Shown here piece by piece: positions 38,779 through 48,296 of a stretch of DNA of 64,000 nt. Under the pieces are notes generated by a model. That model was not told where the DNA came from, ran no database searches, and saw only the letters and a program-made list of their open reading frames with translations. Made by a program: the position numbers and the translations under genes. Numbering within the stretch: position 1 is the first letter of the stretch; every line of letters starts with the position of its first letter. Origin of the DNA: Candidatus Magasanikiibacteriota bacterium (GTDB lineage Bacteria; Patescibacteriota; Patescibacteriia; Magasanikbacterales; UBA922); assembly GCA_021648085.1 (NCBI GenBank), contig JAKITS010000001.1, positions 816,064-880,063 of the forward strand, in the 5' to 3' direction.

Positions 38779-38997
38779 GTGGCATATATTAATTACAGGG
38801 ATAGAGATGTTGAAGAGGTTCGAAGTGTCCTTCAGGACTTGTGTCACAGGGCAGAGTCTGAGCAAGAGCTTCGAACAGAACTTTATTTATTGTTCGGGAG
38901 CAGAGTAATATCTGTTCAGTGTATTCAAAATAAAAATCGACCAATGTTTATAGCAAAGGTGTGTAGCCCAATTTTGGGCAAGACTATCTCAACTTAA
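38779..38997 (+). CDS. hypothetical small protein (GTG start)
   Basis: 72 aa; RBS AAAGGAGGG 7 nt upstream of GTG. Confidence 0.35.
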   Translation: MAYINYRDRDVEEVRSVLQDLCHRAESEQELRTELYLLFGSRVISVQCIQNKNRPMFIAKVCSPILGKTIST

Positions 38998-39113
38998 AGT
39001 GTAAACAGTCTTTTTTAAAAAGGCTGTTTTTTTATTTCACAAAAAGTTATCAACACTCTCTTTTTTTATTTAAAAATGGTAAAATAATAATGCTAGATAT
39101 AAATCCATAAAGC

Positions 39114-41468
39114 TTGTCGGCTGTTATGAATCATCAGTTTGGAGATGAAACTATAGATTTTGTTTCTCTGGAGGAGGGGGAGATTAGCAAGAAATTAAAG
39201 GACTATAATATTGCCCTTACTTTTGAGGAAGGGAGAAAAATTCAACAAGATTTTTTAGGTAGAGCACCATACATTTCAGAATGCGTGCTTTGGTCTATTC
39301 AAGGTTCAGAACACTGCTCTTACAAGAGCAGTCGTTTATTTTTAAATCAGTATATTACCGATGGGCCAAATGTAATTTTGGGTCCAACTGAAGATGCTGG
39401 GATTATAGAAATTGCAAAAGATAAAAACGGAGGCAAATATGGTTTGGTAATAAGTCATGAGTCACACAACCATCCATCCCAGATTGTGCCTTATGAAGGT
39501 GCAGCAACTGGAATTGGTGGAAATGTCCGTGATGTCTCTTGTATGGGCGCAAAAGTAATTGCTGGAGCAGACGCACTTCGTTTTGGTGAGATAGAAAAAC
39601 AAAAAACAAAATATATTCAAAATGAGGTTGTAAAAGGAATTGCAGGATATGGAAATCCAATTGGTGTGCCAATAATTGCAGGCGATACCTATTTTAATAA
39701 AGGTTATAATGACAATTGTTTGGTAAATGTTGTTCATCTTGGAGTTTTGAAAGAGGATGAAATTATACATTCTAAAGCTCCAAAAAATGCAGACGGTTAT
39801 GATTTGATTTTGGTGGGAAAAGCAACTGATAACACAGGTTTTGGTGGGGCACAGTTTGCATCGCTAGAATTGGAAGAAGATAAAAAAGAACAAAATAAAG
39901 GGGCCGTACAAGAACCGAACGCATTTCTAAAAAAACACTTACTCAAAGCAACTCATACTTTGGTAAAAAAATTAAAAAAATTAAACTTATTGAATAGGGT
40001 TGGGCTCAAAGATTTGGGCGCTGGTGGAATTAGCTGTGCAGCAGTAGAATTGGCCGATAGCGCTGGATATGGAGTAGAAGTGGATATGGACAAAGTTCAG
40101 TTTGGAATGGAGGGTTTACACCCAACTGTGGCGCTTTGTTCGGAAACTCAAGAAAGATATATGTGGGTGGCATGTCCAATTGCGACGCCAATAATTTTGG
40201 AACATTACAACAAGATTTTTGAATTGCCAAAAATGGCAAAAAATGCAAAAGCAACCGTAATAGGGAAAATAAAAAATGGTGGACAATTTGTGGTGAAACA
40301 CAAAGGAAGAGATATAATAAATGCAAAAGCAAGTGATATTACAAAAGGTTTGCTTTATGAGAGAAAATATAAAAAACCAGAATTTACACTTAAAAAACCA
40401 AAAATAAAAAATGAAGGCGGTTTGAATCAGATTTTTTTGAAAATTTTATCGCACGAAAATATAGCTTCAAAAAAAGTAATTTACGAGAGATATGACAAGC
40501 AAGTTCAAGGTGCAACAGTTGTTGAGCCTGGCGAAGCAGATGCTGGCGTGGTCCAGCCATTTTTGGATACTGATTTTCCAGACGAGATAAAAAATGTTGG
40601 TGTAGCACTTTCTGTGGATCATAACCCCAGGTTTGGGCTTATAGATTCGTATTGGGGAGCAGTAAACGCTGTGGCTGAAGCTATGAGAAATGTGACGGCT
40701 GTTGGTGCTGTGCCACAAGCTATTACAAATTGCTTAAATTATGGAAATCCAGAAAAAGAAGAGCAGATGTTTCAATTTGTAGAAGGTATAAAAGGAATTG
40801 CAAGGACTTGTAAAAATATTCATTTAAAAAATCATCCAAATTCACCAATTCCAATTATTTCTGGAAATGTTTCACTTTATAATGAGTCTGATGATGGCGC
40901 TATTCCACCAAGTCCAGTCATTGCTTGCGTTGGAAAAATAGAAGATGTTTCAAAAGTTATAAAAATGAGCTTTAAAAAAACGGGAAGTAAAATTTTTATG
41001 GTTGGGAAGCGAAGAGAAGAGTGTGGTGGAAGTGTTTATTTTGATATTTTTGGTGAGCTTGGTGCGATTGTTCCAAAAGTAAACTTCAAAGAATTGGAAA
41101 ATCAAATTTTTGCAATGACAGACGCTATAGAAGGGCGTTTAATTTTAAGTGCACACGATATAAGCGATGGTGGAATTGCTATAGCACTTGCAGAAATGAC
41201 TTTTCAAAATGAAATTGGATGTGAGGTTGAAATAAAATCAGACTTTTCAAGTGATAGAATTTTGTTTGGTGAAACCGGAGGTTTTGTAATAGAAGTTTCA
41301 GAAGAAAATGAAAAGCAGTTAAAAGAAATTTTTACAGAAAGAAATACAGGTTTGTTTGAAATAGGAAAAACAATAAAAAGAAAGAGGATTTTGATAAATA
41401 AAAAAATTGAAATTGAACTGGAAAGCGCAAAAAATGCTTGGGAAAATGGATTGAGAAGTAAATTGTAA
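39114..41468 (+). CDS. purL: phosphoribosylformylglycinamidine synthase II (large subunit)
   Basis: 784 aa; PurL motifs (ISHESHNHPS, GIGGNVRDVSCMGAKVIA, duplicated AIRS-like domains). Confidence 0.9.
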   Translation: MSAVMNHQFGDETIDFVSLEEGEISKKLKDYNIALTFEEGRKIQQDFLGRAPYISECVLWSIQGSEHCSYKSSRLFLNQYITDGPNVILGPTEDAGIIEIAKDKNGGKYGLVISHESHNHPSQIVPYEGAATGIGGNVRDVSCMGAKVIAGADALRFGEIEKQKTKYIQNEVVKGIAGYGNPIGVPIIAGDTYFNKGYNDNCLVNVVHLGVLKEDEIIHSKAPKNADGYDLILVGKATDNTGFGGAQFASLELEEDKKEQNKGAVQEPNAFLKKHLLKATHTLVKKLKKLNLLNRVGLKDLGAGGISCAAVELADSAGYGVEVDMDKVQFGMEGLHPTVALCSETQERYMWVACPIATPIILEHYNKIFELPKMAKNAKATVIGKIKNGGQFVVKHKGRDIINAKASDITKGLLYERKYKKPEFTLKKPKIKNEGGLNQIFLKILSHENIASKKVIYERYDKQVQGATVVEPGEADAGVVQPFLDTDFPDEIKNVGVALSVDHNPRFGLIDSYWGAVNAVAEAMRNVTAVGAVPQAITNCLNYGNPEKEEQMFQFVEGIKGIARTCKNIHLKNHPNSPIPIISGNVSLYNESDDGAIPPSPVIACVGKIEDVSKVIKMSFKKTGSKIFMVGKRREECGGSVYFDIFGELGAIVPKVNFKELENQIFAMTDAIEGRLILSAHDISDGGIAIALAEMTFQNEIGCEVEIKSDFSSDRILFGETGGFVIEVSEENEKQLKEIFTERNTGLFEIGKTIKRKRILINKKIEIELESAKNAWENGLRSKL

Positions 41469-41782
41469 TTTTTCTTTTTTATCCTAACCTCCCGAACATT
41501 TGAAATTTTTGGACTAATTTATTTTTAAAACTTATGGTTTTCTGAGTATACAAAAAATAATTGAAGTAGCAAATGCGGTCAATTAAATAAGTTTTAAAAA
41601 TAAATTAAGCCTAAAATTGTCAACCGTTCGGCACTTTTATTTACCTTTTGGTGTCAAAAGGTAAGGTGAGAACATTTTTATGTTATCGTTAAAGAAGCTT
41701 TACTTAAATAACATGTTTAAGGGATTTCTCACTTTGTTCGAAATGAAAGAAGTCTAAAGCTTACAAGCTAATTTATAAATTT

Positions 41783-42823
41783 ATGACCATCACTTATGAA
41801 TTTTCCGGTGTAAATATAGATGTCGGAAATGAGGCTGTAAAAAGAATAAAAAATAAAGTTACGAGCACTTTTTCGCAATCTGTTTTGACTGGAATTGGCA
41901 GTTTTGGTGCTATGTATGATTTGAAAAATCTTTGTGAAAAATATAATAATCCAGTTTTGGTGCAAAGTATAGACGGAGTTGGCACAAAACTCATGATCGC
42001 AAAAATGATGAATAAATATGACACAGTTGGAGAAGACATTGTAAATCATTGTTGTGGTGATATTTTGACAATTGGCGCAAAACCACTAACTTTTTTGGAT
42101 TATATTGCCACCGCAAAAATGGATCCACAAATTATAGAAGATATTGTAAGTGGAATGGTGAGGGCTTGCAAAGAAAATGATATTTCACTTGTTGGTGGGG
42201 AAACTGCAGAAATGCCTGGAGTTTATGTAAATGGTGAAACAGATATTGCAGGTTCAATTACTGGAGTGGTAGAAAAAAATAAACAAATTATTGGAAAAAA
42301 CATAGAAGAAGGTGATTGTGTTTTGGGTTTTACCTCGAGCGGACTGCATACAAATGGATACTCATTGGCCAGAAAAATACTTTTTGAAGTTGGAGGTTTG
42401 AGTGTTCATAGTAATTTGTCGGAATTAGACAGAAGTTTGGGGGAAGTTTTGCTTGAGCCTCATAAAAATTATACAAAACCAGTGTTTTTACTTTTGAATT
42501 TTGGAATAAATATAAAAGGAATTGCACATATTACTGGCGGAGGAATGTTGGAAAATATTCCAAGAATTTTGCCAGAAAATTGTGCTGTAAAAATTCAAAA
42601 GGGAAGTTGGCAGGTTTTACCAATTTTTACTTTGATGCAAAAAATTGGAGGTGTTGTCGAGGAAGAAATGTACAGAACATTTAATATGGGTATTGGAATG
42701 GTTTTAATTTTATCAAAAAATGAAGTAGAAAATGCGATAAACTTAATAAATAAAAGTTTTCCTGATTATAAAATTTGTGAAATTGGAAAAGTAGTAAAAA
42801 GGGAAGGGCAAGTAATTTTATGA
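41783..42823 (+). CDS. purM: phosphoribosylformylglycinamidine cyclo-ligase (AIR synthetase)
   Basis: 346 aa; VQSIDGVGTKLMIA, GGETAEMPGVY motifs; stop overlaps next start (ATGA). Confidence 0.9.
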   Translation: MTITYEFSGVNIDVGNEAVKRIKNKVTSTFSQSVLTGIGSFGAMYDLKNLCEKYNNPVLVQSIDGVGTKLMIAKMMNKYDTVGEDIVNHCCGDILTIGAKPLTFLDYIATAKMDPQIIEDIVSGMVRACKENDISLVGGETAEMPGVYVNGETDIAGSITGVVEKNKQIIGKNIEEGDCVLGFTSSGLHTNGYSLARKILFEVGGLSVHSNLSELDRSLGEVLLEPHKNYTKPVFLLLNFGINIKGIAHITGGGMLENIPRILPENCAVKIQKGSWQVLPIFTLMQKIGGVVEEEMYRTFNMGIGMVLILSKNEVENAINLINKSFPDYKICEIGKVVKREGQVIL

Positions 42824-45543
42824 GAATAGCAATAATACAATTTCCTGGAAGTAACTGTGAAGCAGAAACAATAAGAGCAGTGAACAAAGCTGGAATGCAG
42901 GCTGAATCTGTTTTTTGGAATTGTAATTATGAAAAATTAAAAGAATACGATGGTTTTGTAATTGTCGGCGGATTTTCTTATGAAGACAGATCGCGCGCTG
43001 GGATTATTTCTGCACTCGATCCAATTATGAAAGTAATTTTTGAGGAGTCTGCAAAAGGTAAACCAATTTTGGGAATTTGTAATGGCGCCCAAATTTTGGT
43101 GGAAAGTGGTTTGGTGCCCGGAATTGAAAATAAAAAAGTTGCGCTTGCAATAAATCAGCAAATAAAAGAGGGGTATGTGGTGGGAACAGGATTTTTCAAT
43201 GATTGGGTAAATATAAAAGTGTCAGCAAAATGTGCATTTACAACTAATTTGAAAGAAGGAGAAATTTTGAGAATTCCTGTGGCGCACGCAGAAGGTCGTT
43301 TTGTTTTTCCGCTTATTTTTTTGAGTGAGTTGGAAGAGTCTGGATGCACAACTTTTAAATATTGTGATAGTAGTGGGGAAGTTAGAGATGATTTTCCTAT
43401 AAATCCAAACGGATCAATTGCAAATTTGGCAGCCATTTCAAATAAAGATGGAAATGTAATGGCAATAATGCCTCATCCAGAAAGATGTGAGGAAGGTCAG
43501 ATTATTTTTATTTCTATGCGAGAGTATATAAGACAAAATAAACAGAATTTTTTGAAATTTGCGGAGGTAAAAAATAATTTTCAGGAAAAAATTGAATTAA
43601 AAGAATACAAATTGCAAAAAAATAAGTATGAAATAATAGTGGAAGAAATAATTACAGATAACGAATCTTATACTGTGGAGCAAACATTAAAAAATTTGGG
43701 AATAAATGCAAAAATTTCAAAGCAAATTCATTGGGAGATTGAATGTGAAAATATTTCAAAAGAAGATTTAACTCAAACTGGTGAATTTTTTAACACAAAT
43801 AAGGAAAAATTGGCAGAAGAAAATTATGAAGATAATTTTCTGTTGGTTCAGTATAAGGATGATATTTACGGAGTAGAAAAAAAGGAAAATTTAGAGAAAA
43901 ACCATGGAATTATTGGTTTAAAAAAAATCAAAAAAGGAATTCTTTGGAATATCACTTTGGATAATAAAACAGAATTAAAATCAGTTTTGAAAACAGGTAT
44001 ATTTTATAATAAAAATTCACAAAATTGTTATTTATATTCAAAATCTATGAATAATTTTCCAATAAGCGGATACGCTTCAGATTTGTATAGTGAAATAATT
44101 AGTAAAAACATACATAATTATTTGTCAGATACAAACTTAAATCTTCAAAACAAGAAAAAAGGGAAAGTCCGCGATATTTATGATTTGGATAATAATTTAT
44201 TAATTGTAACTACAGATAGGCAAAGTGCTTTTGATAGGGTGTTAACGCATATTCCTTTCAAGGGACAAGTTTTAAATCAGACTAGTCTTTGGTGGTTTGA
44301 CCAAACTCAACATATTATTCCAAATCACATAATTCATAGTCCGGATTCAAATGTGATTTTGGTAAAAAAATGTGAACCGTTTAAAGTGGAGATCATTGTG
44401 AGAGGTTATATAACCGGAACGACGAGTACTTCTGCGTGGACAAATTATGAAAAAGGAATTAGAAATTTTTGTGGAAATTGCTTGCCAGAAGGAATGGTAA
44501 AAAATCAAAAATTTGAAGAGCCAATTGTCACACCAACCACAAAAGATGAGTACGATGAATCTATTTCAGCTAAGCAAATAGTAGAGAGGGGTTTGATGAG
44601 TCAGGAAGATTGGGATTATGTTTACAAAAAAGCATTAGAAATTTTTACTTTTGGACAAAGAATAGCCAAGCAAAATGGATTGATTTTAGTGGATACAAAA
44701 TATGAATTTGGAAAAGCACAAGATGGAACTATAATATTGATAGACGAAGTTCACACGCCGGACTCAAGTAGATATTGGATCGCTAGAACTTATGAGGATA
44801 GATTTGCGAGTGGACAGGAGCCAGAAAATATAGATAAGGAATTTTTGCGTTTGTGGTTTATTGAAAATTGTAATCCGTATGAAGATGAAAATTTACCAGA
44901 AGCACCAAAAGATTTAGTTGTAGAGCTTTCTCGTAGATACATTCGTTTGTACGAGATGATTACAGGAAAAGAATTTAAATTTCCAGATATGACTTTGAAT
45001 TTGCATAATAGAATTCAGGAAAATTTAAAAAAATATACTGCAAAAAAAGTGGAATCTACTTATGCAAATATTGGATTGGAAGAAATAAAAAGTGAAGAAA
45101 TTCATAAAGAAAAAATAAAGCCAGAAATTGAAAAAATAACTATAAAACCAAAAGCAATTTTAATTTTGGGTTCAATTTCAGACGAAGAATTTACAAAAAA
45201 TATTACAGATGAATTGGAAAAATACGGAATTAATTTTGAGCAATTTGTAGCTTCTGCTCATAAACAACCACGAGAAGTTTTACAGATTTTAGATAATAAT
45301 AAAGATAAAAAGCAGATAGTTTATATTACAATTGCGGGGCGTTCCAATGCTTTGTCTGGTTTTGTTGCTGGAAATTCTAGCTTTCCTGTGATAGCGTGTC
45401 CACCACTCAAAGATAAGTTTGATATGATGGTAAACATAAATTCATCTCTTCAAATGCCAAGTAATGTTCCGGTTTTGACAATTTTGGATCCAAAAAATAC
45501 AGCACTTGCGGTAAAAAGAATTTTTGATTTATGTGTGGAATAG
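42820..45543 (+). CDS. four-domain fusion: FGAM synthase glutaminase (PurQ) + PurS-like region + SAICAR synthetase (PurC) + class II AIR carboxylase (PurE)
   Basis: 907 aa single ORF; N-term MRIAIIQFPGSNCE...GICNGAQIL (PurQ triad Cys/His); middle PurS-like ferredoxin-like repeat(s); GKVRDIYDLDNNLLIVTTDRQSAFD (PurC); C-term ILGSISDE...SAHKQPRE...AGRSNALSGFVAGNSSFPVIACPP (class II PurE signature, like animal PAICS). Confidence 0.85.
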   Translation: MRIAIIQFPGSNCEAETIRAVNKAGMQAESVFWNCNYEKLKEYDGFVIVGGFSYEDRSRAGIISALDPIMKVIFEESAKGKPILGICNGAQILVESGLVPGIENKKVALAINQQIKEGYVVGTGFFNDWVNIKVSAKCAFTTNLKEGEILRIPVAHAEGRFVFPLIFLSELEESGCTTFKYCDSSGEVRDDFPINPNGSIANLAAISNKDGNVMAIMPHPERCEEGQIIFISMREYIRQNKQNFLKFAEVKNNFQEKIELKEYKLQKNKYEIIVEEIITDNESYTVEQTLKNLGINAKISKQIHWEIECENISKEDLTQTGEFFNTNKEKLAEENYEDNFLLVQYKDDIYGVEKKENLEKNHGIIGLKKIKKGILWNITLDNKTELKSVLKTGIFYNKNSQNCYLYSKSMNNFPISGYASDLYSEIISKNIHNYLSDTNLNLQNKKKGKVRDIYDLDNNLLIVTTDRQSAFDRVLTHIPFKGQVLNQTSLWWFDQTQHIIPNHIIHSPDSNVILVKKCEPFKVEIIVRGYITGTTSTSAWTNYEKGIRNFCGNCLPEGMVKNQKFEEPIVTPTTKDEYDESISAKQIVERGLMSQEDWDYVYKKALEIFTFGQRIAKQNGLILVDTKYEFGKAQDGTIILIDEVHTPDSSRYWIARTYEDRFASGQEPENIDKEFLRLWFIENCNPYEDENLPEAPKDLVVELSRRYIRLYEMITGKEFKFPDMTLNLHNRIQENLKKYTAKKVESTYANIGLEEIKSEEIHKEKIKPEIEKITIKPKAILILGSISDEEFTKNITDELEKYGINFEQFVASAHKQPREVLQILDNNKDKKQIVYITIAGRSNALSGFVAGNSSFPVIACPPLKDKFDMMVNINSSLQMPSNVPVLTILDPKNTALAVKRIFDLCVE

Positions 45544-48296
45544 TAGGGATTTATTCTCAAAAGTCAGTTTCATTGGATTTGTGTGATGCACTCATCCATC
45601 TTCAGCATAGGGGTACAGATGCTGGCGGTATGCTCACTTATGATTCTAGATTTCATACTAAAAAAGGAATGGGTTTGGTAAGAGATATCTTTAAAGAAAA
45701 TATCTTAAAAAATTTAACAGGAAATTGGGGGATTGCAAATAATAGATATACAACAACAGGATCTTCAAAAAAACTTTTCAATGTTCAGCCATTTAAAACC
45801 AGTTCTCCTTATGGAATTTCTTTGGTGCATAATGGAAATATTACAAATTCACAAGTATTAAAAAAAGAATTGGAAGAGCAAAATAAATATTATTGTAATT
45901 CTGAGTCTGATACAGAAATTATTTTGGGTTTGTTTGCATCTGAATTGCAAAAAAATAACGAAGGATTAGATTTTTTTGATAATTTGTGTAAATCAGTTGA
46001 GGCTGTTTTTGATAAAGCTTATGGAGGGTATTCAATTGTGGGAATTATCGCAGGAAAAGGAATGTTTGCTTTTAGAGATCCAAATGGAATCAGACCTTTT
46101 GTCTGGGGAAAAAGAGAAAATGAAAATGGACAAAGTGATTTCATTTTTTCTTCTGAAAATACAATGTATCATACTTTAAATTTTAAAATGCAGGGAAATG
46201 TTTTGCCTGGAGAAGTAGTTTTTATCAACAAAAAAGGTGAGATGTGCAGAAAACGTTTGCGAAAAGAAATTTTTACACCGTGTGCTTTTGAATATGTTTA
46301 TTTGGCAAGGCCGGATGCGGTGATAAATAGTATAAGTGTTTATAGAGCAAGACTTAGAATGGGAGATAATTTGGCAAAAAAATGGAAAAGATTTTATCCA
46401 GACATAACGCCAGATATTGTGATTCCTGTTCCATTTTGTGCAAATACTATGGCACTTTCTGTGGCACATATTTTGAAAGTTCGATATTCTGAAGGTTTGC
46501 ATAAGAATTCTTTTGTTGGGCGTACTTTCATAATGCCTGGACAAGAAAAGCGTAGAAAGTCTGTTTTACAAAAATTATCACCTCAAGAATTGGAAATTAA
46601 AGGTAAGAATGTAATGCTTGTCGACGATTCAATAGTTCGTGGGACAACAAGTAAAGAGGTAGTTAAAATGGTTCGAGGTGCTGGCGCAAAAAAAGTATAT
46701 TTTGTATCCGCTTCGCCACCTATAAAATATCCAGATTTTTATGGTATTGATATTTCCACCCAACAAGAATTGATTGCTGCAAACAAATCTATGGAAGAAA
46801 TACGCCAATTTATGGATGTAGATGTTTTACTTTATCAAGATATAGAAGATTTGACAGAAGCCATCACGAGAAAAGGAAATCACAGTATAGATAGACTTTC
46901 TATGCCATATTTTGATGGTTGGTATGTGACTGGAGTTGTAAATAAAATCCAAGAAAAAAAAGAAAAAAAAGTAAAAAAAATATTGATAGTTGGTTCTGGA
47001 GCGCGCGAACATGCAATTTTGCGAGCATTTTTGCGTTCAAAACAAAAAATTTCACTATATTGTTTTGGGACCAGTTTAAATATAGGAATAAAAAACTATT
47101 GTGTAGATTATATGGTTGGAAAAATGACTGACATAGGACAAATTTTGGATTTTGCGAAAAATAATAATATAGACCTTATAATTATTGGGCCAGAAATACC
47201 GCTGAATGCTGGACTTGCAGATTTGTTGTGGAAAAATAATATTCCAACTGTTGGTCCTACAAAAAAACTTGCACAACTTGAGACGAGTAAGTCGTTTACA
47301 AGAAAATTGATGGAAAAATATGGAATTAGCGGTCTTCCAAAATATAAAATTTTTAATTCGACAGAAGGAGTTGGGGAATTTCTATATGAATTGGATGGAA
47401 ATTATGTAATAAAAGTAGATGGATTGATGGGTGGAAAAGGAGTAAAAGTTTCTGGCGAACATTTGAAAAATTTTGAGGAAGCTTTGGAATATTGCAGAGA
47501 AATTATAAGTAAAAAAAGTAGTTTTGTAATAGAGGAAAAATTTATTGGTCAGGAATTTTCTTTAATGAGTTTTTCAGATGGGATAAATTTAGCACATATG
47601 CCAGTTGTACAAGATCATAAAAGAGCTTTTGAAAATGACAAAGGGCCAAATACTGGTGGAATGGGAAGTTATTCTTGTGCAGACCATTCACTTCCTTTTT
47701 TGACTGAGAAAAATGTTCAAAAAGCAAAAGGAATTACGCGTTCAATTTTGAATGCATTAAAAAAAGAATTTGGTGAATTGTATAAAGGAATTCTGTATGG
47801 CGGATTTATGGTTACAAAGAATGGTATAAAAGTAATAGAATATAATGTTCGTTTTGGTGATCCAGAATCTCTGAATGTTCTAAGTCTTTTAGAGTCAGAT
47901 TTTGTAGAAATTTGCGAAGGGATAACGAGTGGAAGGTTAGATAAGTGCGATATAAATTTCGCAAAAAAAGCTACTGTTTGTAAATATGCTGTACCAATTG
48001 GATATCCAACAAAACCCGTAAAAGGAGAAAAAATTGACATTTCCGAGGTGAAAAATCAAGAAAATTTATATTTGGCTTCTGTGGATTTGTTAAATGGTGA
48101 TTTAATTGAAATAGGATCGCGTACTACAGCATTTGTGGGAATTGCGAATACAGTTTTTGAGGCTGAAAAAGAAGCAGAAAGTGAAATTCAAAAAATAAAA
48201 GGTCCGCTTTTTCACAGGAAAGACATTGGAAAAGAGGAAACTATAGAAAACAAAATTAAATTTATGGAAAAAATATGCAATCAGAAAAAAAACTAA
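45531..48296 (+). CDS. fusion: amidophosphoribosyltransferase (PurF) + GAR synthetase (PurD)
   Basis: 921 aa; N-term MCGIVGI Ntn-amidotransferase, PRTase motif VMLVDDSIVRGTTS; from about aa 480 KKILIVGSGAREHAIL and ATP-grasp (PurD). Confidence 0.9.
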   Translation: MCGIVGIYSQKSVSLDLCDALIHLQHRGTDAGGMLTYDSRFHTKKGMGLVRDIFKENILKNLTGNWGIANNRYTTTGSSKKLFNVQPFKTSSPYGISLVHNGNITNSQVLKKELEEQNKYYCNSESDTEIILGLFASELQKNNEGLDFFDNLCKSVEAVFDKAYGGYSIVGIIAGKGMFAFRDPNGIRPFVWGKRENENGQSDFIFSSENTMYHTLNFKMQGNVLPGEVVFINKKGEMCRKRLRKEIFTPCAFEYVYLARPDAVINSISVYRARLRMGDNLAKKWKRFYPDITPDIVIPVPFCANTMALSVAHILKVRYSEGLHKNSFVGRTFIMPGQEKRRKSVLQKLSPQELEIKGKNVMLVDDSIVRGTTSKEVVKMVRGAGAKKVYFVSASPPIKYPDFYGIDISTQQELIAANKSMEEIRQFMDVDVLLYQDIEDLTEAITRKGNHSIDRLSMPYFDGWYVTGVVNKIQEKKEKKVKKILIVGSGAREHAILRAFLRSKQKISLYCFGTSLNIGIKNYCVDYMVGKMTDIGQILDFAKNNNIDLIIIGPEIPLNAGLADLLWKNNIPTVGPTKKLAQLETSKSFTRKLMEKYGISGLPKYKIFNSTEGVGEFLYELDGNYVIKVDGLMGGKGVKVSGEHLKNFEEALEYCREIISKKSSFVIEEKFIGQEFSLMSFSDGINLAHMPVVQDHKRAFENDKGPNTGGMGSYSCADHSLPFLTEKNVQKAKGITRSILNALKKEFGELYKGILYGGFMVTKNGIKVIEYNVRFGDPESLNVLSLLESDFVEICEGITSGRLDKCDINFAKKATVCKYAVPIGYPTKPVKGEKIDISEVKNQENLYLASVDLLNGDLIEIGSRTTAFVGIANTVFEAEKEAESEIQKIKGPLFHRKDIGKEETIENKIKFMEKICNQKKN

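Noticed and set aside
39403-40718. Several antisense ORFs inside purL (39403-39672, 39462-39770, 40030-40332, 40390-40608, 40467-40718)
   Set aside because: Shadow ORFs within a confidently identified purL; no independent signals.
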